32,124 bases of DNA from Paraglomus brasilianum. Taxonomy: Eukaryota. Numbering within the stretch: position 1 is the stretch's first letter; each line of letters opens with the position of its first letter. Positions 10,036-22,853 of the stretch are shown in pieces. Under the pieces are notes generated by a model, which was not told the DNA's origin, ran no database searches, and saw only the letters and a list, made by a program, of their open reading frames with translations. The stretch is from positions 1-32,124 of the forward strand of contig CAJVPI010000383.1 of NCBI GenBank assembly GCA_910592345.1. The letters are read 5' to 3'. The translations under genes and the position numbers were made by a program.

Positions 10036-13000
10036 TAGAACAAGTATTTTGCCTTTCTTTTCGTTTGAAAAAAAGAACAAACTTTACTGTGCAGTTTACA
10101 CATTGGCATATTTACATGGATACTCACATGACATTCCGGAAATACACGAAATCCTGTGTTAACAATACACCACGTGCAATTTACAAATGCGTGTATATAA
10201 TATAAACAATATAAAATATTGTAAAGCTCACATGTCAAGACAACGACTCGTTCTCTCGTTGGGAGGTATTGGCGTTTGTATGTATGAAAGAGTTATGATG
10301 TAAATTTGTTATGCTTTTATTGGTGTTCTTTATAGATTACACAACAGATACGTACGGAGTAATGTACCTTGATATTCCTCTGATAACATTGATAGTACGT
10401 ATTGGCGGTTTATAAGTACAGTTGACTTTACGTTATATCGGTATTGAATATGGTTATATTAACTCTTTCCATCATCCACTTTAACTTTTATAACTTTATA
10501 GACATATAATTAGTCTATATAAAGTAAAGAAAAGGTCATATATCTTTAAATCCGCAGCACTGTCATGTTGACAGAACACTACTGCGCAGCGCATTCAAGT
10601 TGTACAATAAAATAATGGTTTATTGTTATGCTTAATTTTACATACGTGTCCTAAATTTTTTGTGCTCCCTACATTCCTTATTTGTCTAGATCCTAACCAG
10701 ATACAGTATTATCTTGCAAAAAAAAAAAAAGTACACTGTACTCCAAGTAAATGTAGTGATCAGTGACAGTCAACGTTTGCATTACAAAGACTTTATCACT
10801 ATCGTCGCTCACTCCAGCGAAGGAAGATCACAGAAACAAGACAAAAAGATATGGTAAGGCAAATATATAGTTTTCGCGAAGGATTTACTGCTTTATTAAT
10901 GCATGTTATCCTAACTTTTTTTTAAAAATTACGCATCTCTCAAAAACGGTTGCTGTAATAAACAAAGTGGTCTTGATCTTTTCAACTACCCGATATTGTG
11001 ATATTATAGTTAATACTAGATCTCAAACTAAGTATAATCAAGCGGTCGAGTCAAACACTGCTAAGACGTTCAGCTAGCACAATTTACAATGAGGACTACC
11101 GAATGGCACCATCGAGAACTACAAGAATGTCACCATCAAGTTATTATTGATAATGCGGTTGCCTAAACATAATTGAAATTTAGCAATGTCGGGCACGAGA
11201 GCGAACAGAAAATGTTCAACGGAAAACAAAGCAAACCTGATGATGTTATGATTGAATCAACATTACTTTTCGAATTTCAGATAAAATATAATTATGCAGA
11301 CCAAGAAATCGAGACTGGATTAATGGCAACAGGCACATATAACGTATACAAACAATTGACACCAACTTACATGAGAATAACGACATGACCGAAAAAATAC
11401 CGTAATCAAAGGAATGGTATATCATTCTACTCTTCGACGGTGAAGAAAATCCTAGCTTGGCAATACACTTTGACAATACACTCGCCTGACAAAATCTTTG
11501 TCTGATTCACCAGAAACCGTATGAAACATTATTTTTTCGAAAATTTCTATTGTTTGCACATAGTAAGAAACAATGATTTGGTATGGTTTGATGCGCTTCC
11601 CAAAAAAAGTAATGATCGATTGAAATACATCGTTGCTATAAAACTTTAGTTTGAGGTATAGTTGCATAATGTATAATCATACATGTAACTAGTTTATCGG
11701 ACTACAATTTCATAGCAATAGATTATTGCGATTTATCGTTACTTTCGGCTTCAAAACAAGAACTTACTGTATAGTACATACGGTGAAGATGTCCATGTGC
11801 TCAACAAATTTCCTGGACATAATAGCTTGTCGGCTATGAAAAGCAATCAAACTTTTATAAGACGGTCGTTCCGTAATTGCCGAGTTTTTGCAGTAATCGG
11901 TTTGAGTTGGGTCAACATACCAACATCGACTCTTGAATCAGAAGAATCTGAGACTCGATCATATAGATGGCCGAAAATGGTATGTATCAACGTATAGATT
12001 CCTACACATTGATATTTACTAATTCAGGGATTCCTGTTCTTATACAATCCAATATTAGGAATGAGCTACATTGCTCGATTTCTCTGTCATATGTCGAATA
12101 AGAAGTTATGTTTATCCGAATTGTACCGTTCATTTAAACCTGGATTTATTGCTTGCATAGGTTTGCGATTTAGAAGCTTGTGATTCATCGATTCACTGCG
12201 CAATCGCTTCAGTTCTTTGAGTGTGAAGTTCCGCATTTGGTAAACAAGAATTATCTATTGAAATACTGTAGATGCAATAGAGAGTTTCCTACGTTTACGT
12301 ATTATGGAGTGTTACGTTGTATAGGACTCTCTATAGCAATAACACTCGATGTACAGTAATTACAATATGCATCTTGAATGTCATGACAAATATATTCATA
12401 TACGCAATAGCACATAAAAAGCATTATACATGATAATGTAGTCAATGATTATTGTTATCGACACATATCTATCTATTTGACTTCTCATAACCCTTCGACT
12501 AATCAACAATATCATTCAGATATGATACATACGTATAATCATGGAATTAAGCAATATGATACGCATACATCATTATGAGTCTTGGTAAACACTAATCTGA
12601 ATTAAAGTCTCAACGCACACGAACCTTAATTGAATAATTAAATAACATAAGAAATGGTTGGCTATCGATTGGATAGAAGAAACGGCAAGACAATACGACG
12701 AATTAGAAACTTTATTAATTGTTACTAGAAATCGATAATTCCTTCGCTGCTAATTTACAATAATATTGACTTACTGTTGCTGCAAGTTGGAAAGCACACT
12801 AACAAATTACTTTCTATTTAGGGCGAGATTTATTGTAACGTTAATAAACAAGAGCCGGGATTCTAATGGCCGAGAAACTGACTTGCCGCATTTAACAAAG
12901 CCCTGTCTATTACTAGTATAGGTGTGATTAAGCTCACTACTACCTTATCGTTATAGCGCTAATTTTCTCAGGTGATTTAAAATGTAGTATATTAAGACCA

Positions 13001-13240
13001 CCTGAATCCGTTTAAATAGTCCTGCTAACGAAGAAAGGAGAGAAATCATCTGATATACTTTCTTAATCGGGTATATTAAAAAAAATCCAATTTCTTCAGC
13101 CGCTCCTTGAATGAGTATATTTCCTTGATACGTAGATGATGTATTTCTATTTGAATATGCATCACTTGACAATACCAATTACATACCTTCGTATGTAGTT
13201 ATTGTATCTGCTGACTTGATCTGATCTCTGATCTATATGC

Positions 13241-13472
13241 ATATACACCAAATCTGCCGAACAAGGACATCCTTATGTTCACGAGAATGTAACTGGAGTA
13301 GGAAGAGATGAGTAGTCGAATATATCGACAGGCAGATAAACTAGACATTATACACGTATCTGTAATCAATTCCTATTAATCAAGAACTGATGTATGTGGT
13401 CTAGGAGTTGGAGTGAAAGTAGACATTCAAAAATCTGTTGACATATGTGAAGAAGCAACAGAACAAAGATAA
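13241..13472 (+). pseudogene. Degenerate Sel1-repeat gene fragment
   Basis: Translated pieces IYTKSAEQGHPY..ENVTGVGRDE*, IYRQADK and GVGVKVDIQKSVDICEEATEQR* resemble the Sel1 units at 2-1627, but carry stops, deletions and frameshifts. Confidence 0.6.
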
Positions 13473-14584
13473 AGCAAGGTGTATATCTTTTGTAAGAATG
13501 GGTAGAAGATTGAGTTGTATGGGTATTAAAAATATGCTTAGTGTAAGTGATGAGCACAATCGTACATAATGTGTAGTTAAAATTAATAATATAGCAGCCA
13601 TCGTTATTAAGGTGTTGAAGTGTGCTATTCATGTATCAGTAATCATAATTAAATATCAAAAATTCATATTAAATAAAAGGCTAGAATCAGCAGTGAAAAA
13701 CATGCTCATTCAAGGAAAAATCGGAACTTTTCTAATAAACGGATCGAAGTAACATCGCCCTTCTTAATTGTACTACTTCGATTAAGGAATTATATCAGTT
13801 GTTTGATATGTTATAGTTTCTCTCCTTGTTCGGATGTTGCTATCGGCAGGGTATCGCTGAAAGGATGTTGTTTTTTTTAAAGAATTCTGACGGGATTAAG
13901 CTCTAAACCCGAAGCGGAGTATACCTAACGTAAGTAGTATTAATATAGTAGTTCATCTTAATACTAGATTTGCAACCCAACATATAGTCTGGCGATGAAT
14001 ATATATACCGTATACGTAACCGCCTCTGACGCCTTAATTTAAGCGGGCACGTTAGAAAGACCGTGTTTTGAGCCAAATTGAGAATAGTCCCCTGGTCAAT
14101 AATGCGACCCATATAGCAACAACTTACTCTGACATAAAAGGCGTTTAATGCAGAGAACGTATCTCACCTTATAAAAATATCGGATATTCTACGCACTTCC
14201 ATGTGCTACCTTCTGGAAGCATCAAACTATTTTCGACTAGTAATGTATTCACAGACGATCTACTAAACCTCTTTTGTAAAGCTTGGGTGTTGTATTATAG
14301 GTTAGGAAATAGCAGTTTGACATACGCTCGAGTTACGGTGTGACAAGTTTTTTACGGAAGCCTTTTGTTATTTCGTTCCTCTGATCCTCCGTCGCTGCAG
14401 CATCTGTGCTGCTGAGATCTATTAACTGAAACTACTTCTGATTTCCAGTTTACTATACGCTAAGTCAAACTGATTAGCGGGAATTTTCATCGGTCTTTTA
14501 TTATCTTAAATAGAACTTATTACATATTGGTAAACTTCATTGGTCTTGTTTATCTACTGCTCTAACAATAAGTATCAATATCCG

Positions 14585-15321
14585 TCCCCGTGCCATTATG
14601 GCAGGGAATACGAGCGATGTGCGTGGTCCATCGAAATGGTCGAAGGAATGGAGGTACTCACGCATAAATTCTCTTCACGACCTGCAAACTATATCAAATG
14701 TTGGAAAATAACAAGTGACATATACGTACATAAATATATAATTAAATGTATTCATGTAGCATACCGATGCAGATCGTGAAGATGCATAAAAAAACGACGT
14801 GCCATCAAGGCACGGAAATGCGATACGGTAGTATCGAAGCGCCAACGATCGCATTATCGTTGAACGAGAATATTAAATTCTCTCCACGACCTGCGAACTA
14901 TATCAAATGTTGGAAAATAAACAAGTAAGTGACATATACATACATATATATACAATATAATCAAATGCGTTCATGTAGCATACCGATGCAGATCGTGGAA
15001 AAACTCCGTGCCATCAAGGCACGGAAATACGAGTCCATCAAATGGCCCTCTTAATCTGATAATAAATATATACAGCGACATTAGACTAATAGGCGATAGT
15101 AAACTCAGCAAACATCTCATTATATTTTGACTTACATGTAAATTCTTACATATACACTCGTCTTCATAATTCTCTCCACAACTGCGACTATATCAGATAT
15201 TGGAAAATAGACAAGTAAGTGACATATACATATATATTAATATATATAACTAAATGTATTCATGTAGCATACCGAAGGGGACGACTTTAACAGAGCATAT
15301 TATCGTTGAACGAAAATATTT
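14585..15321 (+). repeat. Degenerate tandem triplication (~210-290-bp units)
   Basis: The core AATTCTCTyCAC..CTGC..ACTATATCA.ATrTTGGAAAATA..CAAG..GACATATAC..TTCATGTAGCATACCGA starts at about 14666, 14875 and 15168. CGTGCCAT..GGCA.GG hairpins occur at about 14588, 14798 and 15005. TTATCGTTGAACGA.AATATT occurs at about 14854 and 15300. Confidence 0.9.
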
Positions 15322-16153
15322 ACGCGTTGACCAGACGATGGACGATTTACTTGAAGGAAGATCCTAAACAATAATGAAAGTTACAAGTTCAGGACAATTA
15401 TTATGATAGTATGCAAAAGCAAAGAAAACGATAACTTTGTAAGCAAAAAGCTTTGAATGACGAAAGGTCACGGCGGTCGCCACGGTCTACATACCTTTTG
15501 GTATCGGTCAAGAAGCTGTTTTGTCTTTTTTTCTTGCTTCATTCCTTCTTCAGCGTTAAGTACTAGAATGCCGTAAATTTTTGTGGCTTTAATAAGAGTC
15601 TGCAAAAAAGACAGACCTTTTGCACATGTTTTCTGGTTAACCGACACTATTTAAGTATTGGAAATAGTTAGTTCGTCATTTCACCCCAGCTAGTAACAGT
15701 GCTAGACTTTTCAGACCCTTGCTTACTTTTTTGAAGAGAGCTAGTGTTAGCCATGGTTGACTAACTGTTGTGTTGTTGGGGTGGGGGGTTTTTACGCCCT
15801 CAATAGTGTACGACGTAAAAAAAAGAAGAAAACATCCAATCAGAATTTCCATGACTAAGAATTATTAGAGTAACCATTTTTATAGTGCTCAAAAAAGATT
15901 TAATATGTTTGGTTCGATTCGGCAAGTTGTTTCTCCGTAGTTTCTATTATTTGTCCCAATTATGCGACTGTAAACCTCATACGTCCGCGACGAAATAACA
16001 TGCAACTCTTATTATTACAATGCACAATTTGAATGCAGTTTATTGTTTTGCTTGAAATAATAAGAAATAAATTGTAGTGAAATGATGGCTTTATAAACAA
16101 TAATTAATAAATACAAGTGATAGTAATCGACACCCGCTATCGATTCCCCCATC

Positions 16154-19100
16154 TTATTCATCCAGAGGCTCTACCTCGCTGGAATAATAATCATCATCGT
16201 CATCATCATATTCTTTCTTTTCGTTATTAAACATAACCAAAGTTTTCCCTTGTTCTCTCTTGGTCTCCCTGACTTCCGATCTCTCCCCAGGTACAAAACT
16301 GACCAGCGGCTTAATATCCTTGCTTCTGAGCGCCAATGTATGCTGAGCATCATGTTTAAGATCTAATTGTAAGAGAGTGCTTCCAGGAGACGTGGGAGAT
16401 ATAACGTTATGTGGAGTCCGGTACGGTGATGGCGGCAGATCTAGGGTCAAAAGAGGCCCATTTCCCGAATGAGTAGTGAACCCAGTTTGAGAGCGCGATT
16501 GATTATGTGTAGAAGGAAGATCAATTGAGAGCAGCGGACCGTTAGGTTGTCGTTCGGATCGTGGGCGGTTTGGGGATAGGCTTTCAGTAGACTTTTTCTT
16601 TTGGGCCAACAATGATCCTTTCGAGAACGTCCGTTCTTCATGGATATTAAGGAACGTGCCATTGTGAGTTGGAGCATTGTCCGGACGGGCCTTATCGAGT
16701 AATGAACCTTTATGGAAATGAACGCCATTATCGAGTTGAACTAATGTCGTGCCATTCCCTGCTCTTTCTCGCTCTTTCCATCGCTCTTCTCTTCGTTCTT
16801 TTTCTTTCTGTTCATGTATAACGTCACTCGAAGCCAGGAGGGATCCTTTGGCCCAAGAGAGTTCTTCTTGTTCTACTTGCTTCAAGGGAGGGTTCTTTTC
16901 GTCGTATGATAGTAATGAACCTGGTTTAAATACTGACGCGTCAACATTTCCATTGTTTGCTTCTAGTTTCTTATTACTATCATCGCCTACGGCAGGCGGC
17001 GTTGATGCAGTATTGTCGGAAAAGTCAAATTTCCGACTAGATTTACCAGGCTGGTATCTAACTGCACGACGAAGCGTAGCCCATTGGTCTGATGCTGAGG
17101 TGGTTATGCCTTCACCATTTGTTTGAAAGCCTTCGTTATTCCCTTTTGTCAATCCCACTGACTTGTCCGTTTGCGGAGATATGACGGTAGGCGATAATAT
17201 GTCTTCTTTTGCCATGCATGCTTGGAACAATTCCGGTCTTTCTTCCAGTAATAATTGTGCCTATTTGACAATATAGCGCAAATGTGAGAAACCAATGTTG
17301 ATACATTATATACACTTTCGAGTACATATTGAATGTGACATACCTTTGCATTTCGTATACTTAATACCCAATCTTTCATCTTCTCCAAACGCTCCGCACA
17401 AAGAAAGTGTACATAGTCTTGGTCTGGGCTTTCAAACATTGTTATTTTATCTTGGGATTTTAAAGCAAATGCAAACTTTGTTGGTGCCCTCTTGAGTGGT
17501 TTCGTTAGAGTATACACATCAAACGATGCGATAGTACAGAGGAAAGTCTCGTTTACTCCCTAAATAAATGTGTGGTCAAAAGTCAATGGCTTGCCATATT
17601 AAAAAAAAGTCTCCGCAAGCATCTACATGTAAAATGGATCAACGTATATTTGCCTTTCCACTCGCAGAATATTATATTTACCTTTGAGTCTTTAGCATGA
17701 TATATCGCTCCGTCTCGAAGATAAACGTATCGTTTCTCCCATTTGTTCTTTTTCAATTTAAGGTGAAGCCATCCAAACAGTGGAGGTACGCCGTTGTTCA
17801 TGCCCTACGAATTTAAATCATATCTCAATACATTTCTCTTTTCAGGCTCGTTAAATCCATAAAATTGACTGCAGTTGGGATAAAAATTTCATACCTCAAC
17901 GGTCAACGTATGTCTATAAGCATACGTCTTACATACTAGTGCGTTAGTGGTGCGAGCAGGGTCCCATGTATTGATTACATTGGTTACTATTTCCCAATCT
18001 CTCAATGGTCGTTCTAGCCCAAGATCATTCACCAATTCAAACAGCGTCCATTCATCGCTGTCTGGAACAGCTTGCTTTCGTTTTAAATATTTGAGAACCG
18101 AAAGTGCGTTCATCTTTGAAGTTAATGCAAGAGTCTTGAACTGACGGACATCACCAATGTAAATTCTTGTCGTAATCTGGTAAATCAAATCATGTTAGCA
18201 AATAGATAGTTCTTTACATAAAAGAATATTGTGGTTTGAATTACAAATCTTACCTTGATTTCTTTATCAGCCTGTGTTTCAGACTTTTTCTCCCTACGTG
18301 TTTTGCTTCGTTCTACCACCTTGTCTTTATTTTCTCCATTCTTATTCCTCTCCAGAACCTTATCCCTCTCTTTCTCAAAATCAATATCAGCAATTTCTCC
18401 GCCTGGTGTTCGAGATTTGCCATTGACACGGGATTGAGACTTGGATCGACTACGCTCAGCGTTGGTTGAGCGATCAGAGCGATCATTAGAGCGACCTCTG
18501 TCATCCTCACGCGTACGAGAACGAGATTGATTGAGTGGACGGGTAGGCTTTGGTGAAGTGTTTCGAACACTCGACCTAGATCGTCCACGATTCCCTTGAT
18601 CGCGATTGACAGAACGAGACCTCGATGCCGCCGTGTCATCGGTTGGATGATGGCGGTCGCTTCTATCGACTGGGCGTTCGCTTCTATCGCTTGGCCGTCC
18701 CCGCGTTGGAGATGAACGACGTCCAGAAAGTTGTCTTGGGTCGTTTTCTGAAGTGATAGAACGTCTTTCTGTAGATCTTCCTTGACCCCGATATTTATTG
18801 ATGTGGTCTCGTGTTTCCAATTCACGACCCCGTGTGCTTAGATTGGACGAATCTCTGTCATGAGTAGGATCACGAGATTTAGACCGTCCGTTGGTGTAGT
18901 TTTCAGCAACTCGTCCACGTGGAACAGATCGGCGCGAATCCACTTCTTGTTCACGAGTTCGATTTTGTTCTTTTTCATTATCCAAGTGAGATTTTGGCAG
19001 TGCAGGAGTTGGAGGGAGAGGATCTTTTGATAGTCTTGGTGCTCCTTGTACTTTGACCCTACTTCCCAACCCCCGAGCAGTAGTCCCTTTTCTTGTGATT

Positions 19101-20179
19101 TTTGCACCAGTTGGAGTTGTAAGAGCCGGGTTCGAGGAATTATTTGGACTAGGTGTAGGCGACGCTACTCGTTTTGGCGAAGAATGTTTATGTCCATTTG
19201 TTGCACTTCGTTTTATTCTGTTTGTATCCACTGCATCGTCTGAAACGGGTTTTGGCTTTTGTTTTCGAGATAACGATAGTGGGTTGAAATCGCTGCTACC
19301 GCTATCGTCACTATCAGTCTCTGTTTCGCTATCATCAGATGAGTCAGAATCGCTTTCGCTTTCACTTTCACTTTCACTGTCATTCCAAAGAGTGGTAATG
19401 GAACGAGCACCTAACCTCGGAGATGAAGTTAATGATATAGATGGACTTTCCGCTGGTGATGTCGGGCTGAGACCGGTCAAGGCCATTATATTAGGAACCA
19501 AAGCATCAGGAGATGTATTGTCTGTATTTTTGCCAATATTACGGAAGAGATGGTTATCGCCATTTGGAGATACTGGAGAGGAAGTTGATGTGGTTGATGC
19601 TGATATAGGTGAGGAGGCTGAAGACTGTCCGGGGCTTGATACAGAGGATGAAAAAATTGTCTGGAGAGCTGGCAGACGAGGAGGAGATGACTTTTGTCCA
19701 ATATCAGTGTTTGAGGAGGATACGTTGAATTGCATTTGTGAAGATGGATTGGTAGAGGCATTCGTTGGACGTTTGTTGAGACTCGAGTTTAACTTGATCA
19801 GTTCTTCTTGCATTAATTCTATTGAAGCAAGACTAAAGCCAAAGAGATTGTCAGTGTGATATTCTTTGTCTGGGGAAGTTCCCGATGAGTCTGTGGAACT
19901 AGCGCTAGAGTTGGTCGTTGTTGATTGTGAATATTGACTTTCTTGAGAGTCTCGATCCTTATTAGATGAATATTCTTTTATATGCTCGTTACTGGCACTC
20001 CGTTCAAGATCCTATTAAATACGTATTTGAAAATGTTTCAAAGTTGAAACATGAATATAATTAATTATATAATGTCCAATACGAATGCAACGATAGACAA
20101 GGCTATTTAATTTTCATACCGCAGTGAGTTCCTCCACTTCCAGTTGCAATTCACCGAGTATTTTATCTAAATCTGTCAT
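16154..20179 (-). CDS. RA (Ras-association)-PH domain adaptor protein, MRL/Grb7-like architecture, with long disordered regions (~1181 aa)
   Basis: Exons complement(20120-20179, 18254-20011, 17895-18176, 17682-17804, 17344-17559, 16154-17260). All five introns are GT-AG and phase 0. RA-like: ITTRIYIGDVRQFKTL...WTLFELVNDLGLERPLRDWEIV. PH: GWLHLKLKKNKWEKRYVYLRDGAIYHAKD...FAFALK...HFLCAE..EKMKDWVLSIRNAK. The N-terminal half is Ser/Arg/Pro-rich. Confidence 0.88.
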
Positions 20180-20426
20180 CTTATCAATGCTATATATTAA
20201 CTAATGGAGCAAGTTTTGTCAGCACATTCGACCAAGAAATGCCAAATGCCCGATGCCAGGCCACTTACTGTGTCACTCACCTTTGTCTATGTACTTGTTA
20301 TGAGGGAATAGTCTATGCAAACTGATAATTACAATCTATATCGTCAAGATATATGTGCTTCAATGGTGCGTATTTTCTTTTTCTTTACTGAAATGCCAAA
20401 CAGTTGGTTATTGAAAAAGTTTTTAG

Positions 20427-20447
20427 GAAGAAGAAGAAGAAGAAGAA
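20427..20447 (+). repeat. (GAA)7 microsatellite upstream of the RA-PH gene
   Basis: Read directly. It lies in the intergenic region between the divergent RA-PH and MATH-BTB genes. Confidence 0.85.
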
Positions 20448-21396
20448 AGAGACGGTCGCAACATTATCAAATAACTTTGAATATTACCAAAACAATTCTC
20501 GACGAATGCATTCAACATAAATATATGCTGAATTTTTTTTTTAAATGATACCCGAAGTATATATTGTCTAATGGCTTTTTACAAAATGGGATGAAATAAA
20601 TATGGCGAAAAGGTAAGTTTGAGGGGGTTTTATATAATGTATATATATAATATATTTATAGTTGAAAAGTGCATGTACAAAAGTGCGTTTATTGGGATAT
20701 GATCAACAGAATATTTGAATTACTACAAGAGCCGTGCAATTAATCCGCATACAAAGGCTTGCTTACAACTTGTCACGAATTCATTCAAAATCAACTGGAG
20801 CAAGTCTATCAGACAGCATGAAAATGCCTGGCTAAGCTAAGACAAACAGACTACAAAGATCGTCTGTGTACAATCAAGTAATATTTGGCATTCAAATCAA
20901 ATGGATTGTTGCATGTTACAGAAATTGCACACATTCCTTGTAGGAAACGAATATTTTTGATTGTCCCCTAAAAGCGGAATTATGAATTCATGCAAAAAGG
21001 TGACTGTCGGGTGAAACTGAATATCACCGAATATCACCGAACATCATAAATTACGTAAGACATGTCTACCTATGACCGAGGTGGCGCAGTCGACATGCCG
21101 AGAGAATGCACTTGTCTTTGGCCGCAGCTTAGCAATCTGTACTTTTATTTTTAATCTCGATCCGGCAAGAGCTGGTGGTACCAAAACGTTTACAGTTTGG
21201 GAAGACAAACAATAGACAATGTCGTGATACTAATCTAAAGGGGCAATAAATATAACATCAAACAATAGTCAAGAAGATACATAAATATCATTGTCTGGTA
21301 GGCGGAAAGCTTGATCCTTTTGTTCTCTTTTTTCTTGCATAGCCACACCGCTACTCGGCCCAAACCACCACGCTTGCCTATTTCTCAGTGACCATA

Positions 21397-22853
21397 ATGT
21401 CTATTGCAGGATTCTCGGGACAATGCCGATTTGAGTTCAAAATTTCTAATCCGTTGGAAATCACAGAGCCTCTATTTACATCATCATTTGTAACTTCCTC
21501 CGGACATTATTGGGAACTTATCTTTGAGCCGGTAAGAAACCTGATATTGCATTATCAGTGCGAATAAGATTGCAAATATCCCACTTCCATTGTGTCACAT
21601 GTTCGCTGTTGCCTACACCAGATATCGCAAAAGGATCCAGAGTATTGTGGTTTATACCTGCGAGCCATATTAAATGCTGAAGAACAAGTTTCGACAGCAT
21701 CATGGAAGAAGCGTGAAAACATTACAATCAGAATATTCATTAGAGATGTTGATGGGAGCAGAAGGTACATGTTTATATTAGTACAGTACAATGTCGATAT
21801 TCTATCGCTTATCCCATCTTCAATATACTTACAATGTACTCTATTAATTCTATTAATGCTATCAGTGGCAGTCGAATACTATTCCAAAGTACCCTCTTTC
21901 CTGACTTTTTATCCCTCAGATCGTTAGCCAGAGGAATTATTTCCACAACTTCTACATCAGATTCGTTAGACCCACTCGATTCACCAACCAGTCCTACTTT
22001 CCTATCGCCTACAATCAATTCGCACCTTCTCCCATGTTTCTCAACACCGTCCGCACCAGTAGGCAATCCCTACGCATTCAAGCGAAGCGAATTACCGTCT
22101 ACTATCATCATTGGTGCATTTTTCACGGAGGATACCCTGACTACAGACACAGTTATCCTTGGAAGACCTACCGTACCTTACCATTTGTTGAAAGCATGGA
22201 TAGCAGAATTAGATAACAAGGAAGTTGGAGACGTACAATTCAGCATTAAAGGCCGACAAATATATGCGAGGAGTGCCATATTGAAGAAGCGGTCGAAATA
22301 TTTTGAGCAAGCACTTTCGAGCGAGTGGGCTGAAAAACAGTCCATTAACGATAAAGCGAATCCGAACATAAAACATTTCTTTGAAATAACCGATTTTGAT
22401 GCTGAAACTTTTTTACAAATGTTGAAGTTTTTGTAAGTATTTGAGAACATTACATTGTCTCTGATTGAATCAACAGTCTTTCTAACAGCAACTTTATTAT
22501 GTATTGATTCCAGATACACAGATCAAACACCGTTTGAAGATTCGTCCACTCCATTGGAAACGGCACTCTCGATGCTAACGATTGCAGACAAGTATCTGAT
22601 CACTGAGCTCAGACAAAGATCGAAAGAGGCCCTGATTCAGCAGATCGATGATGAGAACGCTTATGATGTGCTATTTTCGTATGGATGGCAGTGGTCAGAC
22701 GTTAAAGAGGAACTCATGGCGTATGTTATAAGCCATTTCGATGTCGTTCGAATGACAACTGGGTTCAAGAAAATTTCCATGTCGCCAGGCGATTATCCCT
22801 TGTATACAGAACTTTTTATCGAGATAATGCAATCGCTCAATTTGACTGGTTAG
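21397..22853 (+). CDS. MATH-like + BTB/POZ + BACK-like protein (SPOP-type Cul3 adaptor architecture, ~394 aa)
   Basis: Exons 21397-21531, 21622-21764, 21866-22432, 22514-22853, with GT-AG introns in consistent phase. MATH-like: FEFKISN...FTSSF...GHYWELIFEP...YCGLYL. BTB: GDVQFSIKGRQIYARSAILKKRSKYFEQALSSEWAE...EITDFDAETFLQMLKFLYTD...MLTIADKYLITELRQ. Confidence 0.9.

Noticed and set aside
10417..10442. TACAGTTGACTTTACGTTATATCG, resembling one pogo-type TIR end
   Set aside because: No inverted partner found in the window.
11090..12240. Several 66-76-aa ORFs on both strands, possibly a decayed gene
   Set aside because: No consistent splice model or recognisable domain could be built.
14585..15321. 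Possible CRISPR-like repeat-spacer array
   Set aside because: Units exceed 200 bp, are degenerate and irregularly spaced, the context is eukaryotic, and no cas gene is present.
18236..19859. Long antisense and alternate-frame ORFs (e.g. 19053-19859 +, 268 aa)
   Set aside because: Expected by-product of a comparatively GC-rich Ser/Arg low-complexity exon of the RA-PH gene.
21073..21170. GGTGGCGCAGTCG, resembling a tRNA A-box/D-arm
   Set aside because: No proper T-arm (GTTCRA) and no acceptor-stem pairing.
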